From contig CM022677.1 in assembly GCA_012295275.1 (NCBI GenBank), positions 4,154,001 to 4,218,000 on the forward strand: a stretch of DNA of 64,000 nucleotides. The letters are read 5' to 3'. This DNA is from Chrysomallon squamiferum. Its lineage: Eukaryota > Animalia > Mollusca. A program made the translations under genes and the position numbers. Positions within the stretch are counted from its first letter, which is position 1. Every line of letters begins with the position of its first letter. Of the stretch, positions 29,062-44,737 are shown in pieces. The notes under the pieces were generated by a model. The model saw only the letters and a list, made by a program, of their open reading frames with translations, ran no database searches and was not told the origin of the DNA.

Positions 29062-30562
29062 ATTTATTTATTAAAAATATTTCAGACCAGTTTCACTTCA
29101 GTATTTTAGAATTTTATTTGTTTTAATATTATGGTGTTTTTATTCACATTATCTGTTTTCATGTGTTTCAAAAAATCATAAACGTAAGAATATTCTGACT
29201 TTTAACAAAGGGTATTTTCTTTAGAGATGGAATTTTTAAATTTATTTTTATTCCCGTGCATTACAGGTTGTTTTTAATGTGTTTTTTTAATTTACGGGTT
29301 TAGATGCAGGTTTGGTAGGACTCTCCATAACATACGCTATGACGTTGATGGGTTTATTATCATTATTATTATTATTATTATTATCATCGGCTACAAATTA
29401 CTATAGTAAAAATAATATTAATAATAAAATAGTACAAACAGTAGTAATAGTAGTTGTAGTAGTGGTGGTAGTAATGGTAATAAAAGTAGTAATAATAATG
29501 ATGATGATGATGATAAATATTAATAATAATAGAAACAGTAAATATAATAGTAATAATGATAACAAGCACAATAATAAAATACAAATACTACTTATAACTG
29601 CTGCTACCAATAATAATAGTAAGAATAATAATAATAATTATTATTATTACAATTACCACAACAACAATAACAATTACAAATAATTAAATAGTGTCAAAAA
29701 ACAATACGAAAATGTTTTAATATTTTATATATATATATTTATTTTTGTATAGATGATATCAGTTGAACGTGTTCTGGAATATTCCAAACTTCCTTCTGAG
29801 GCTGAACTGGAATCTGAACCAGGAAAAAAGCCTCCTCCTGATTGGCCGAAACATGGAATTATCAGCGGGGAAGGCGTCTGCCTCAGATACACAGAAAACT
29901 CACCTTGCGTCCTCAAAGAACTCAACTTCTGCATACGAGCAAAAGAAAAGGTAAAAACAATTTTTTTTTTTTTATATACTTTTATTTTTAAAAATTCACA
30001 GATTTGTTCAGTAATTTATTGTGATGAAGTTTATTTCTAGGAAACATGAAGAGAATGAAATTAATTTCTCACGCACCCAAACACAAACACACAAAAACAC
30101 CACGGATAACTGAAATTTTTTTTTTTTTAAAAGAGCAATTTTGACTTTTTATAAAACAAATGGATGCTCACGTGGTTGTCCAACAAAATAATTTGTATCT
30201 GTAATTTTCTTGTCCTTCTCAGCATGGTTAATTAATAAAACAAGCTATTGTTAGATTCAGAGAACAGTATTGTTCCTGTTTTAAAATACACCAAATGCTG
30301 GTAGAATTACTTTATTGTTAACAAAGATTGTTAAAAACAACCGATACCTATGATAAATGCATTTAGTCTTGTTATTTGTTGGTACCAACACTCTCAATTA
30401 TAGAAGACGTCTTTTGTTACCATTCTAATTAATGTTATATCTTGTGACTGTTCTAATTAATATTATATCTTGAGACTGTTCTATTTAATATTATATGTTG
30501 TGACTGTTCTATTTAATATTAATGTTTCTGTACAATTAAATATTAAAATGTCACTTTCGTAG

Positions 30563-30811
<249 letters not shown>

Positions 30812-31129
30812 TAACTGGTTGATTGTCTGTTGAAATAACTTGAGGATTAGCTATATTTATTTTATCTACAGCATTAATTTGTAAAAAAGAACAATTTATT
30901 TAATAAAATGTAGTGAAAAGAATGAAATTATTGACAATATTTAAACTGTTTTTTAATATTAAAATTAAAAAAATTAAACACAGTATATAAGGTTATTTTT
31001 GACAGCTGATTGTGTAATATCTGCCGTAATATTGTCCTTTTGTTATTACCAATAGTATTGTTACTGCTGTAACCATTGTTACTGTTAATACTATAACTGA
31101 TATTGTCATTTTCCATCAACTGTTGTTTT

Positions 31130-31470
31130 TACTACTACTACTACTACCACCACCACCATTACTACTACCATCTCTACCACCACCACTACAACTACCATTA
31201 CCACTACTACTACTGTTACCATGCCTACCACTACCACTACTACAAATAATGAGACTCTTACCCCTATCACTAATACCACCACCACTCCCACTGCTGCTAC
31301 TACAACTACTACTACCACCACTACTACTGCTACTACAACTACCACCACCACCACTACAGCTACTATTCTTACTGCCAACATCTCTTTTTTCTACAACTAA
31401 AATTAATACAGCTACTACTACCACCACTACTACTGCTACTACTACTACCACCACTACTACTACTACTACT
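31130..31470. repeat. (CTA/CCA)n degenerate trinucleotide repeat, intronic
   Basis: Seen directly. Confidence 0.9.
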
Positions 31471-33766
31471 GCCTTAGGTAATTATATTCTGGACCCAGAC
31501 TATGAGGAAAAGACTAACAGTTTACTTTCTTCTTGCTGTTTTCTCCAGGTTCAGCTAAAATCAGCCATTCAAGAGATTTTGTTTTTGTGGGTTGTGGGTT
31601 TTATTTATTAATGTTGACAGTAATAAAAATTTGACTTTTTTTTTTTTATGAGATAAAATAATAAATATGAGTTTTTGGGGTCTTGTACACATTCTAAATG
31701 TATTATCATCTAAAAGATGTTCACACAAAATTGAGAATATTTGAGGGTTTGAATAGGAGTTTGGCTGAAAAAAAAAAAGGTTTGGCAGAACTTGTGTAAA
31801 AATGTTAGTAATATCAAAATGTGACAATTTTTTAAATTTTATTTACAGAACAGATGAGTTGATTCAAGCAACAATACGAAACAAATTTCGAGACTGCACT
31901 GTGCTGACCATTGCACATCGTCTTCACACCATCATGGATTCTGACCGCGTCCTCGTATGTACAAGTTTAAAATTTTATTAAAAGTGAAAACCTTGTAAAC
32001 AATTCAAAATATATAAACTATAATAAAACAAAAGAAAATTTAAAATTTCACTTAAGACACATAATTTCAATAATTTATATATGTGGAAAATTTAAAAAAA
32101 AAAATGAATGTTACTGGTTATTAAAAGTTATGGCAAAAGAGTAACTAAATTGTGATTTAAGTTTCTTAAATATATCACATCAGAAAATAATTCACTAATA
32201 CAAAAACAAGTAGCACAAAATTGTCTTGTAATCAGTATTGTAAAATTAATAACTTTTTAAGAAGGCTAACTGTAGCCACAAATGTTCGTTTTGTTTTCAG
32301 CCAAACTAATTTTTTATTTATATTGATATTTCAGAATTCTTTATTTTAAATAATATTCATGAATTTGATTGTAAATAGTAACTTAATAACTCCTTTTTGT
32401 GAAATAATTTCAGTATCAAAATATTTCACAAAATTCTTAATTTTAAAATATTTGTGAAGTTTGATTATAAATATTTAATTATTCAAAAATTCCATTTTTT
32501 AGGGCAATAATTTCACTTTAATATATTTCATAGTTCATGATTTTAAATATCTGTCAATTTGATTATAAATAATTATTTAAAAATTCACAAAGTTTATGAT
32601 TTTTTAAATGGTTTTTGCCCCCTCAAGGTTCTTGATGGTGGTCGCATAATTCAGTTTGATGAGCCTTTCATTCTTCTGAGACAGAAATCCAGAATTTTCT
32701 ATGAAATTGTGCAGCAAACAGGGAGAACTGAATCAAAAAACTTGTTAGAAATGGCCAAGTCAGCTTATATAAGGCGAGAGGGAGATAACTCTTAAATCGG
32801 GGTGGATAACTCTAAAATCAGGGAAGATAATGAAAAAATCATACTTCCTAAGCCTAATGACCTGGATCATGTTGATGTTTGTGCAGAAAACGTTGTTTCA
32901 AACAAGAAACCGGTTTCCAAAGAACCATAAAATTTAATCTCCGAAAACAGAACTAAAATATCTGAATCAAAAACTGAAGACAGTGAAGTTGATGATTCCA
33001 TTTCTGAGAAAACAGCATTGTTAGAAAACTCGACAGAAACAAAACAACAAAATGAAAAGAAGCCAGCAGTTTCCAGCGATGATGTAACTGTTGCCATGGT
33101 TACGCCTCTTCTAGATGCAACTACATCAGAGAATGATGTGGATGTTTGAGTTGTTGATTTTTTAAATAGTTTTCGTTTAAGATTAAAATAAATTTTAATT
33201 TTGTTTTCATAGTTATCAAACACAGACGTATGATATTTTTTCTTAGAGAACTTGTATGTAAATATACATAAATGTCTGGTTAACATTTTTGAATAATCTT
33301 TTGGAACATGAATCTTGCTTTTAGAAATATTTATTTTTAGGTTTTTGAAATCATATTTATTGAAAGTTGTAGAATATAGAGTAGAAAAATAAAAAATTGT
33401 TTATTCTTGTTGCTGCGATAATAATAATAATAAAAATAATATCATTTCTTAAATTTGTTACGATTAAACAAAAATCACCTAGTGAGTATAATTTTTATAT
33501 CTGTAAATTTATATCTGTAGCTGTTTATTTGTAAATGTCATACGATATTTATATATATTTTTTAAATCCACAGCTTACACATATTAATTTAAATAAAAAA
33601 CAAAAAAACCTTGCCTTTTAGTGAATTTTATACTATAGAATTGTATTGAATAATATTTACAAAAATGTATCTGTTAGAAATTTGTTATGTTTAGCAATTA
33701 TGAAAAGAAAAAATTTGTCAAATTTTTAACTAGCACTATACATTCTTTTCTTGTATTGAATAGTAA

Positions 33767-33815
<49 letters not shown>

Positions 33816-34515
33816 TATATTTTAAAAAAATGTTTTTAATGGTTTTCACAGAGGTGTGTGGCTGTGTGCGTAAAATAAATATTTTTGTTTATTTTTGTGT
33901 TTGTAAACCCCATGACTGAATTCCTGAATCCATTACCATCCTACCTACATTAATTTCCCCTTTCTTTTATTAAATTCAAATTTTTTTTTTATATAAAAAA
34001 TTAACTGTTTTAAAAGTGAAATCTCTGTTTCTGTAAATAATAGTTAGACGTAAACTTTATGAAAAATATCTGAAGTGAACAAGTGTATACTGTTACGACC
34101 CAAGCACAGAAATATTTAGCATCTTGCTAAATAAGTGAATAAGCAGTTACATGTTTATCTTTTCAGTGTTTTAATTTCCATTCATATACCTTCTTGAATA
34201 ATAGAAAAGATAGAAATACTGTATCTACTTGCCTAGTTAACAACAGGGCTTGTTTATTTGACTTCCGAAAATTATGAAAGAACATAAAACTTAGAAAAAT
34301 ATTGCGTTTTCTCTAGACATAAATTAATGTTTTCTCTGAAGTGACTTAGTCCATTGTTCTTTTGATCTGAAAAATGATGTCTGTAAAAGATATATCTGTT
34401 TTGATACAGATATATCTTTATATATGATCTGTAAGTGTATTTTATTTTTAATGTTTTGTATGATGATGAAGTTGCTGGTAAAGATTCGTTGTGAGAATTA
34501 CCAAGAGGTTTGTTC

Positions 34516-34574
<59 letters not shown>

Positions 34575-35192
34575 ATATTAGTATTTTCATTTATTTTGTT
34601 GTTGTTGTTAGCATATTATTTTGTTTGTTGTTTTTTGTTAGTCATTTATTTTTCTATACATTTTCATCAAAAATCTAATTAATTTTTAGTCTTATTGAAG
34701 TCAACGTTTGAATTTGATCTTTTAAAATCATGAAAGTTTTATACATTAATTAGTTTTATGAATTAATGAAAAAGGAGAAAAAAGAATCTCTCCTGAGATT
34801 TTGTCTCTGATTTTTTTTTCTGATATTTTAAATTCTATTATTTATTTCACTTATTTTGATGCACACACAATATAATTATGGGTGCATAACAGAAATAATA
34901 AAATTTAAATTTCAGCAAGTTTTATGTTGTAATACAAGATATTTTTTTTAAGATATATTCTGTAATTTTGTTATTTACGATTTTACAATCATTTTGAAAA
35001 TGTCAATCTTAAAAAATTTGCAATAAATCTTAGCTGGCAATACTTTGATTTTGATATTTTGTTTAAAAAAATACCACAGAATACATTTTACTTGCTTCAA
35101 AATTACTTTTTTACTGGCTTGTTTTTTAAGTACAATCATCAGTACATATTTGACTATTTAAAATCTGTGCTCGACTGCTGAAAATACACAAA

Positions 35193-35330
35193 TAGTGGTA
35201 CCTCGACTTACGAGTGGATCAACTTGCAAGTTTTCCAAGTTACAAATAGTCAGTCAGTTGATTTTTTGCTTTGAGTTGTGAGCAAGCTTCAGATATGCCG
35301 CTGATAGTCCATGACCCAAACTAGTACGTC
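35193..35330 (+). mobile_element. Terminal fragment of a Tigger/pogo-like DNA transposon or MITE
   Basis: Begins AGTGGTACCTCGACTTACGAG, resembling CAGTGGTACCTCG-type TIRs. No partner TIR seen. Confidence 0.55.
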
Positions 35331-35332
35331 AA

Positions 35333-35681
35333 TGTAATTGTTTTCTATTGATTTCTAATTTCTATTGATTACTGAAAACTAATTTGTTTAAACAAATAAT
35401 GTATGGATAATAAAACAGAAAATCATTTTATGACTCAAGCAAAGATTGTAAATGCAGTGTTCATGCTAGGTGAAATACTCGTCTTTTTGTATTAAACTTT
35501 GCCTTGTAATTGTTTTCTATTGATTTCTAATTTCTATTGATTTCTACTGAAAACTAATTTGTTTAAACAAATAATGTATGGATAATAAAACAGAAAATCA
35601 TTTTATGACTCAAGCAAAGATTGTAAATGCAGTGTTCATGCTAGGTGAAATACTCGTCTTTTTGTATTAAACTTTGCCTTG
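35333..35681. repeat. Near-perfect ~172-bp tandem duplication
   Basis: 35333-35504 and 35505-35681 differ by a small indel. Confidence 0.92.
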
Positions 35682-37131
35682 CTTTTATACCAAGGCCAAC
35701 TTCTAAGTTGCCTTCATCACCTTAATTCACCAAGAAAACAATGTAAAGATTATTAACAGACTTTTGTTTCTCTTGCCAGCCTCTAGAAAATTTCAAATAA
35801 CAAAAACATGAATCTTCTCATGCAATTGAGTTAACTGACACTGACATGTTTTGAACCACTGAGATGGATATTTATTGCGTGACCATAAAAATGCCCTGTT
35901 TTACTGTTTTAATTAGAGACTTGACAATAATAAACTTTTATACAAATTAATTGACTGAGATGGACATATAAATATCTGTAACATAATTATATGGACAGTA
36001 CTGATTACAATTTACAAAAAAATTACATGAGAAGGGTTTTTTGAAACCACAGGCTGCAAGTGGTTGTAAATAAACTTAAGAATACAGTGTTTATTTAACA
36101 TTGTTACCAATTTTGGCAAGATTATAAAATATTTTGTAAAAAGACTTTATAAAAACAGATATGTTAAGTACTGGTGCCAGTTTTAAAAGTAAAAAAACAA
36201 CAAAAAATTGAATTCTTGATAAATATTAAACTTGATATTAAATTGACATTACTTTGAAATCAGGAAAATTGACAAGAGTTTGCAGTAAAAAATCAAACCA
36301 TATACAAGGTTTCAAAATTACCACATATTTAAATATTCAAACATAATCATTAACCATCTCTTAGTATCAGCTGAAGCCAAATCAGTGTTGAAAATACTGT
36401 TGCATGTTTAAAAGATCATCTTGTTTATAATTCCACAGCTCAAAGCAAATCTGATTTCGTTTTGAATACAATATATCATGAAAATCAATCTTAATTTTAA
36501 AAATATTGGAATATTGATATTGCAGACTTTACTGTTTACAACACCTTACTCTGATTAGCATGTATATTTTGTTTTACCTATTTCTGCTATGGTTCATATT
36601 TTTATTTATTTGATTATTTTGTCTTTAGATCATTATATAGATTGCTAGTATCACGGTGAAATCTTTTTAAAACAAAACCCCAACAAACAAACAACACAAC
36701 AAATGTGAATATTTTTACCTTTTTTATTGGTAGAATATATATATATTTATGTATATATATTTATATATATACATATATCTAGAAGGAAATATATATATAT
36801 ATAATAATATACGTACGTATGACCCAACATCACAGAATAAATATAATGACTATTTTGAAAGCTACATTTACGATGAATTTATTATTATAATTATTATTCA
36901 TAATTCCTAAATGGTTGCCTGGCAGCAGATCTAGAAATCTTGGGTGAATAATAAAAACATTTTTGGCCCAAAATATCAAGAGGTAACAGGTCAATTTAAA
37001 AAAAAAAAAAAATTTAAAAAGAAAATTAAAAGCACAAGATCCCTCGTGTTATATATAGCATAAATTGCACAACAAATTTATAATTTTTTCCCTTCTTGTT
37101 TTGTTTTTGTAATCTTTAAATTTGAAACAAA

Positions 37132-37182
<51 letters not shown>

Positions 37183-40100
37183 AAAAAAAGTACATGTACA
37201 AATTTAAAACCAAGTTTAAACCAGTTGTCATAAATATATCATCAGTAACATGGTTTTGGAAAATAATTTTTTTTAATTTTTAATTATTTAATTCTTTGCT
37301 TGTGACAGGTATGTTTCTAAACTAGGAATAAGTATGAAAATATTACCTTTTCCCACAAATCAAATTAAAAATAAAAATATCCAACATATAATGATGAGCA
37401 TGAGTGGTTGCTATTCATGGGGGGGGGCAAGGGGTCATTAAGGGAAGGGGTTAACAATAAAATTTTTTTTTAAATTATATTATTGGTTAGCAAAATATAA
37501 TTAACTTACCATATCTAATTTGTTTTCAGATTTTAAAAATAATTATATAAAATTCAGAGATTAAAAAATTATTTTTGAATGAAGATAATATATATTAATG
37601 ATTGACTGATAAATGATTATATTTAAAAAAAATTAAAAAAAAATTTCCCCCTGCAAGCAATCCAAGGGACTTAATTTTCAATCATGTGTCATATTAGTTA
37701 TCTGTTGTGGGTTATTTTGTTTTTTATTAATAAAAAAAAAGAGAATATGACTTGGTCCCAACTTATTATAAATCTGTAAATGTTCATAGCTTACATTTGT
37801 GTTTATCATTATCATTTTTATTAGTATTATTTATTTACTAATAGATATTATAAAATTAAAAAAGAAATGAAAAAAAACAGAAAAAATGTAGCCTTTTGGA
37901 AAATCGAATCGATTCAGGATTCAGTTCCCTATGAACATTAATTAATACAAAATCATGTAATGCTATTAAAAGAAAGTAATGATATTATTATATAGTTTAA
38001 AAATAATTTAAATAATGTATCAGTGAGAAAAGAAAACAAAGAAAAAAAAATATGATAATGATGAAAAAATGTTATGTGTAATTATAATTCTTATATACAT
38101 ATACAGAAAGTGTTCAGTGTTTATCTGCTTGGTTGTAGTTTTGATATTTTTAAAAACGTCTTAACAGAAAAATAATGATAATGAAAAATGAACTGACTCA
38201 AAAAAAAAAAAATAATAATAAAGAAAAAAAAAATATAATAATAAATAAATAAATAACTACATTAACTCATTTCTTATTAAAAATGTTTACTTTTATACTT
38301 TAACTTCTTTCAATTTATTACAATTCTATAAAATATTTCCCCAATTATACACCTTGAAATGTGCTTTGTATGAAATAAATAAAATATATTACTAAAGGAA
38401 AAATCTTCAAGTTACTAATACCAGGTAGCCAAATAAAAAATATATATTGAATAATATATAAATATATATAAATTTAATTTAAAATAGGACAATAGTTTTA
38501 TTTATTTGTTTTACAGGTTTTGGTTTGGCAGTTGCCACAGTGTAAAACATGATAAGATTATGAAACAGACAATACATGTTTCAATAAACAAGAATGCCAT
38601 CTCTACAGTAAATAAAATAAAATTAAAAATAATGATACATAATACATAATGCATAAAGGCCATAACAACATCAAAAGCTGCACAACAGTAATGCTATGTA
38701 CAACTGCATGGAAAATAGAATTTCTTATCAAATAATGGATGAACAAAAAAACAAAAAATTAATAAAATTAAAATAAAAATCATTTTAAATACTAATATAA
38801 GGAAGCTCATCAGAGAATTTTGACAGAAACTAAACAATATATATATAATTTATATAAATGAAGAAATACTGATGAATTTTTTTCCTGCATTTTGTAAAAA
38901 ATACATTAACTGACATTTATGTGAAATCTGTAAAGTTTATCAATGGTTTCTCACAATGCAGTAAGTTAGACTTATATTTTAACAAAAATATAAATATATA
39001 TAAACATTGTCTGCAGAAATGATTGTACAGTGAAATTATCTTTAAAAAGACTAGTTTAATTCAAAATAGGTTTTCAGTTCAAATGTTAGAATTTCACTTA
39101 ATAATTAACAATAATGAACACTGAATATTGTCCAAACAAATTCAAATATTTTCTTTGGATGTTTGAAGAAAATTTTAAACTTCTGTAATGAAATTTTACA
39201 TCAGAAAATTGACAACAACAACAACAACCAAAAAAAAAGATGTAGAAATCTAAATGCAAAGAGACAAACATTTGGTAATGAATTGTGATTTCAGCAAATT
39301 AACAAACAATAATAATAATAATAATAATTCTTATTCAAACGAAAGCAATGATAATGCAAAAATACAAACAAAAATCTTGCTGAAAATTAAACCAAGTGAA
39401 ATACCCACAATTTAATTTTAAACTGATGAAAAATAAATAAGATGTAATTACTCACAAACAAGCTTATTAAAAACAAACTGCTCAGTTATTAAAGGAAAAT
39501 AAAACAATTACTAAGTACAACAAACAGCAACTCAAATATAAAAGATATCACACTGCCATTTATTTGTCAAAAATATTTGTAAACGTAACACAGCCTTGTT
39601 GAAAAGAATGCCACTAGAATTAATCTTTAGTAATTTCAATATGTGGAAGAAATAATAAATAATACATATACATATTTTTTTAGAATATAACTTATCTTAT
39701 TTTAATGAATTAGCTTAAATGAAATACAAGCAAAGAAATTTAACTCAACTATAAAAATGAAAACAATGAAAAAGAATAATCACCGTTTTTTGTCTAAAAT
39801 TTGTTTATCTGGAAAATATTTCATAATTACTAGTCAAGGGAAGCAACCCCAGATGTTACCCATCTCACCACAATCAAGAAAAGTAATTATAAAAATGACC
39901 AAATATTTGAGTTTTCATTTTTTAAAGCAAAACTTAAAAAGTCTTTGTTATTTTTTCCTTTTTAGTTACATATAATTTCCTTTTTAATTACATATAATTT
40001 ATTTTTTAAAATGGTAAATAATTAAATTATTAGAAGATCCAGTTACACTGAAATCACAATTATTACAGTAAAACAATAATAATGAATACAATAAAAATAA

Positions 40101-42625
40101 AATTAAAATAATCATTTTATTTCAGTTTTCATTATGCTTTGTTCACAAATTATATTCCATAAACATATTGATAAACATGATACTTTTTAAAGATTTTCAT
40201 AAATTATGTTGCAAACTACAAGCATGAAATAAACATTTAATGTTAAGAATATGACTAGATTTAATTTTCAAAAATGTATATATATATATAAATATATTAA
40301 AGTGATGAATACAGAAAAACAATAAAGGTGCATAAGCCTGTGTTTATTATAAATATTTATTTATGTTATCTCTTGTGATTTATAAAGTTACAATTCCAAG
40401 ATTTACAATAAATTATAATATTAACTCAAAGTGAGACAGGTATCATACTTGTGATAACAACTTAACCAAATGGGACAGTCAAAAATCAAACATGACAGTC
40501 AAAATCATAGCATTACCTAATCCGACAGTCAAAAATCTGACATGTCTAACAGTGAAACATTACAGCTTTACGTAACTGCACAGTCAAAACTGAGAAATAC
40601 TAAACCAGAACATTATTGGAACATTACTAAAGCTATCAGTTAAAATCAGAATAATATCAAATTTGACACTGAAAATCAAAATACTAATAAGCCAAATACA
40701 AATATAATTCATAACATTTTTATTAAAAAGAAAGAACAAATGTGTTTTAAAATATTAATGACAAAAACAAGAAATAAGTCAAAATAAAAATGCATAGAGT
40801 ATTAAAATAATAATAATTAAAAAAATATAATAATAATAATAAATAAAAAAATACATAAAAATAAAACATTATACATGTGTTAGTTTTAATTTTTTAATTA
40901 TATGTATATTATAGGTTTTGTAACAGGTAACTTTAAAAAAAAATATAATAACAAATTAAAAGTGACAATATGAAGTACAGCTGGTTTGTTTTAGAATTTA
41001 TTTATTTTATATTATTATTATAATTACTGTGGTATTTCTTTCAACTGAGAATGGGTCAAATCAACAAAACTGGTTAACATGATCAATTCTTACTATGATA
41101 TTTGAGCAAATAAGCAAGAAGCTGAGGTTATATAAATATAAATGTGTTTGTGTAGGTAGTGTGGTGTGTGTCCCTGTGTATACAATGTATGAATAAAAAT
41201 GTTTGTAGATTTATATTTGCAGTGCAGTCCAATGTCTTCCAGCCAACCAGAAAAATAAGAAAATATTTATCAAAGACAAAATACATCCTCAAAATTACCA
41301 CAACATTCAAAGCAAAACCGGCATAAAATAATTATATCTGTACAAATACTATAAAAATTAGAGATGGCATCTTGTCTATTACTCCAAGAAATGTTAAACA
41401 TTAAATAGAGTTCTTTATGGCCTATTTTATTTGGTCATAAGTTAAAGTCTGGTTTGAACTGTACCAAAAAACCCTGGACCTAAATAATGCTTACAAATGT
41501 TTTCATTTACCTATGTCTGGATATTAAATAAATTTGTAAATTTTATTATGTTTTACTGGTTAAAGGTGCTGCCTGTTGTTAAGAATATTTTTTTTTCAGT
41601 AATTTCTTTTGAAAAATTTGGTAATCAAAAAACCTAACAAAATATTTTAAATTGATGAATTAATAACAGTAATACTAATAAAAGGAAACCAATATTATTT
41701 TTAAGATATTTGGTTTTAATTTATAACTTTCATTTTTATATTTTCAAACAATGGTTTCATAATAATAGTAATAATAGTAAAACAAAAATAATTAATAATG
41801 AATCATTTACAATCTGAAAAAAACAAAATAAAAACAACATAAAATAAAAACCATTGTACAGTCAGTTATTCATCGTTATTATTTCTTTATTCTTGTCAAT
41901 ATTTAAAAACAAAATATTGCTTTATAACTAGTATATATGAAACTATCAATTAAAATACCTGCAATTAAATAAAAATAATAAAATAAGAAAGTTAATGAAG
42001 AAGATAAAAAAATAACCATCAACTAAAAACATTAGAGAACTTTTTTTTTTCTTTTTGAGATGACAAGGATATAATGACTAATTAAAAAATAGATATTTTG
42101 CCTCAATTTGTTAAACTAAACATGCAGAATTTGCATGAGTCAAAAATATTAAAAATGTAATAATAATAATTTAAAAAATAATTTTCCTTTTCTGATAGCT
42201 CACAGTTATGCAGATCTATTTTATGGAACTGGAAAGCATAATTAAAAATATGGAGCAGTTTCTATTAAAATATGGAGCAGTATTAATATTAACAAATTAT
42301 CTTGAGTTATTAATGTAATTAATAAAATATTAAGTTATTTTCGTTGATTTTAAACTGTGCTTCTGATAATTTGAGAATAAATGACTAAACATGATTTTCT
42401 AAAATGTTACTGCGAGTTAGTTCTAGTTCAGAAATATGATTTACACTGAGACAAGAAAATCGGGGAGTGTCGTGGGTGCGACCTCCATTTCCGTATTTCT
42501 TATGTTTTATGCATCTTCAGCATCACTTAATAAAGAATAAATACATAAAATAAAAACTAATTTAACTTGTCTCATAATATTTTATTATTCATTTGTTTGT
42601 TAGTTTGTTATAATCAAAGTAAGTA

Positions 42626-42701
<76 letters not shown>

Positions 42702-43387
42702 TTATGAGCAACTGACCATGGATACTAACTTTTCATAACGTAAGGGAAATAACCCTCTTTTGATAAAACGTCTGCAAATGAATTTTAAATTGTTAAACCA
42801 TATGAAATAATGAAAGAAAGCAAATACAATTTCCCACCCAAATTAAAAACAAAATCAGTAATAATAAACACCCTGAAAACAATTTTAGATCTTTTTTTTA
42901 TTTACCAAGAAACAGTAACAGTGAATTAAAAAATCAAATTCAACAGCAAAATTGTAACAAATATAACAATTAATGAATTAAAAATGCCCATAAAAAACAT
43001 AATACTGATACTGTCAAATTACATGTGCATTATAAACAATGAAAGAAAAACAATGTAAAAAGAAAGTATAATTTAACTACAGTTGTCATTTATTTTTAAT
43101 TGTTTTAAATTATTACATTGGATAATTAATTACATTATTTAACAGGAGCTAGTATTAAAAATTAATCTAGACACCTGGGTTTTATTTTTAAAGTCTGCAC
43201 AGTAAATTGATTCGATGCTTTATTTGCTGAGTTTATTTTCTAATTTATGCAGATATATGCAGGCACATAAATGAATGCACTAAAGTACAAACACATACAA
43301 GACACAAAACAAACACTGAAAATAACACATATACAAACATTACAATATTCACACAGAAATACACACTCGCACATGCACTTAGGCAAA

Positions 43388-44208
43388 ACCCACAAATACA
43401 CACAGACATGCCTACATACAAAATGACATACAGACACACACACACATGCAGACATACCAATATACATACTGACATACACATAAGTATCCCCACACATACA
43501 CACAGACATGCCTACATACAAAATGACATACAGACACACACACACATGCAGACATACCAGTATACATACTGACATACACATACAGTATCCCCACACATAC
43601 ACACAGACATGCCTACATACAAAATGACATACAGACACACACACACACACATGCAGACATACCAATATACATACTGACATACACATACAGTATCCCCACA
43701 CATACACACAGACATGCCTACATACAAAATGACATACAGACACACACACACACACACATGCAGACATACCAATATACATACTGACATACACATAAGTATC
43801 CCCACACATACACACAGACATGCCTACATACAAAATGACATACAGACACACACACACATGCAGACATACCAATATACATACTGACATACACATAAGTATC
43901 CCCACACATACACACAGACATGCTTACATACAAAATGACATACAGACACACACACATGCAGACATACCAATATACATACTGACATACACATAAGTATCCC
44001 CACACATACACACAGACATGCCTACATACAAAATGACATACAGACACACACACACATGCAGACATACCAATACACATACTGACATACACATAAGTATCCC
44101 CACACATACACACAGACATGCCTACATACAAAATGACATACAGACACACACACACATGCAGACATACCAATATACATACTGACATACACATAAGTATCCC
44201 CACACATA
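43388..44208. repeat. ~100-bp CA-rich minisatellite, about 8 copies
   Basis: Unit cacacatacacacagacatgcctacatacaaaatgacatacaga(ca)ntgcagacataccaatatacatactgacatacacataagtatccc. Confidence 0.95.
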
Positions 44209-44662
44209 TAGTGCAGAACATAAACGTAATAAATAATAACTTATATTATCAAAAACAGTTCTTATAAAAACACTTCAGTGAAAACAACAAAGATAAAGTA
44301 ATAGAAATAAACTTTGGTCCATGTATATTACAAAAATATTAGTATCAGTGTGTGTGAATTAACAGCATATTTTATCATGTTATTCTGTGTATCAGAAAAT
44401 GCTGAATAGATCATTAAAAAATCATACGACAAGATGGTAAAAATTGTTAATTTCTATATCAGAATACTGGATAGAGTAGCAATAACTGTAACTATCATCA
44501 GATGAAGTGGATGATAATCATCATTTTCTGCATCACTTCTCTGTATTAGATCTGTTAAGTTGTACGGCTAAAATTATCATTCTTTGTATCAGAACATTTT
44601 CTACAGAAATTTTTGAAATAATTTTCTATGAAGTGGAATTGACATTATCTACATCAGAAAAA

Positions 44663-44737
44663 ACACTATCAATGTGTGATGCCAATATATTTATTTAATT
44701 AATTAATTAATTTATTTATTTATTTATTAGTACTGCA
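44663..44737 (+). repeat. 75-bp direct repeat, left copy
   Basis: acactatcaatgtgtgatgccaatat...tattagtactgca; one mismatch to 47569-47643. Confidence 0.93.

Noticed and set aside
31106-31611. Poly-V/P/L/T ORFs
   Set aside because: Intronic trinucleotide repeat; only VQLKSAIQE is real ABCC4 sequence.
32867-33286. Minus-strand 139-aa ORF
   Set aside because: Antisense shadow of the ABCC4 tail exon.
36000-43300. Possible exon relics near 36350-36480 and 41180-41340 on the minus strand
   Set aside because: Short, stop-ridden and unrecognisable; not distinguishable from AT-rich intergenic DNA by eye.
44300-44662. Degenerate S/D/N-rich repeat-like coding relic on the minus strand
   Set aside because: No sustained reading frame or clear splice boundaries.
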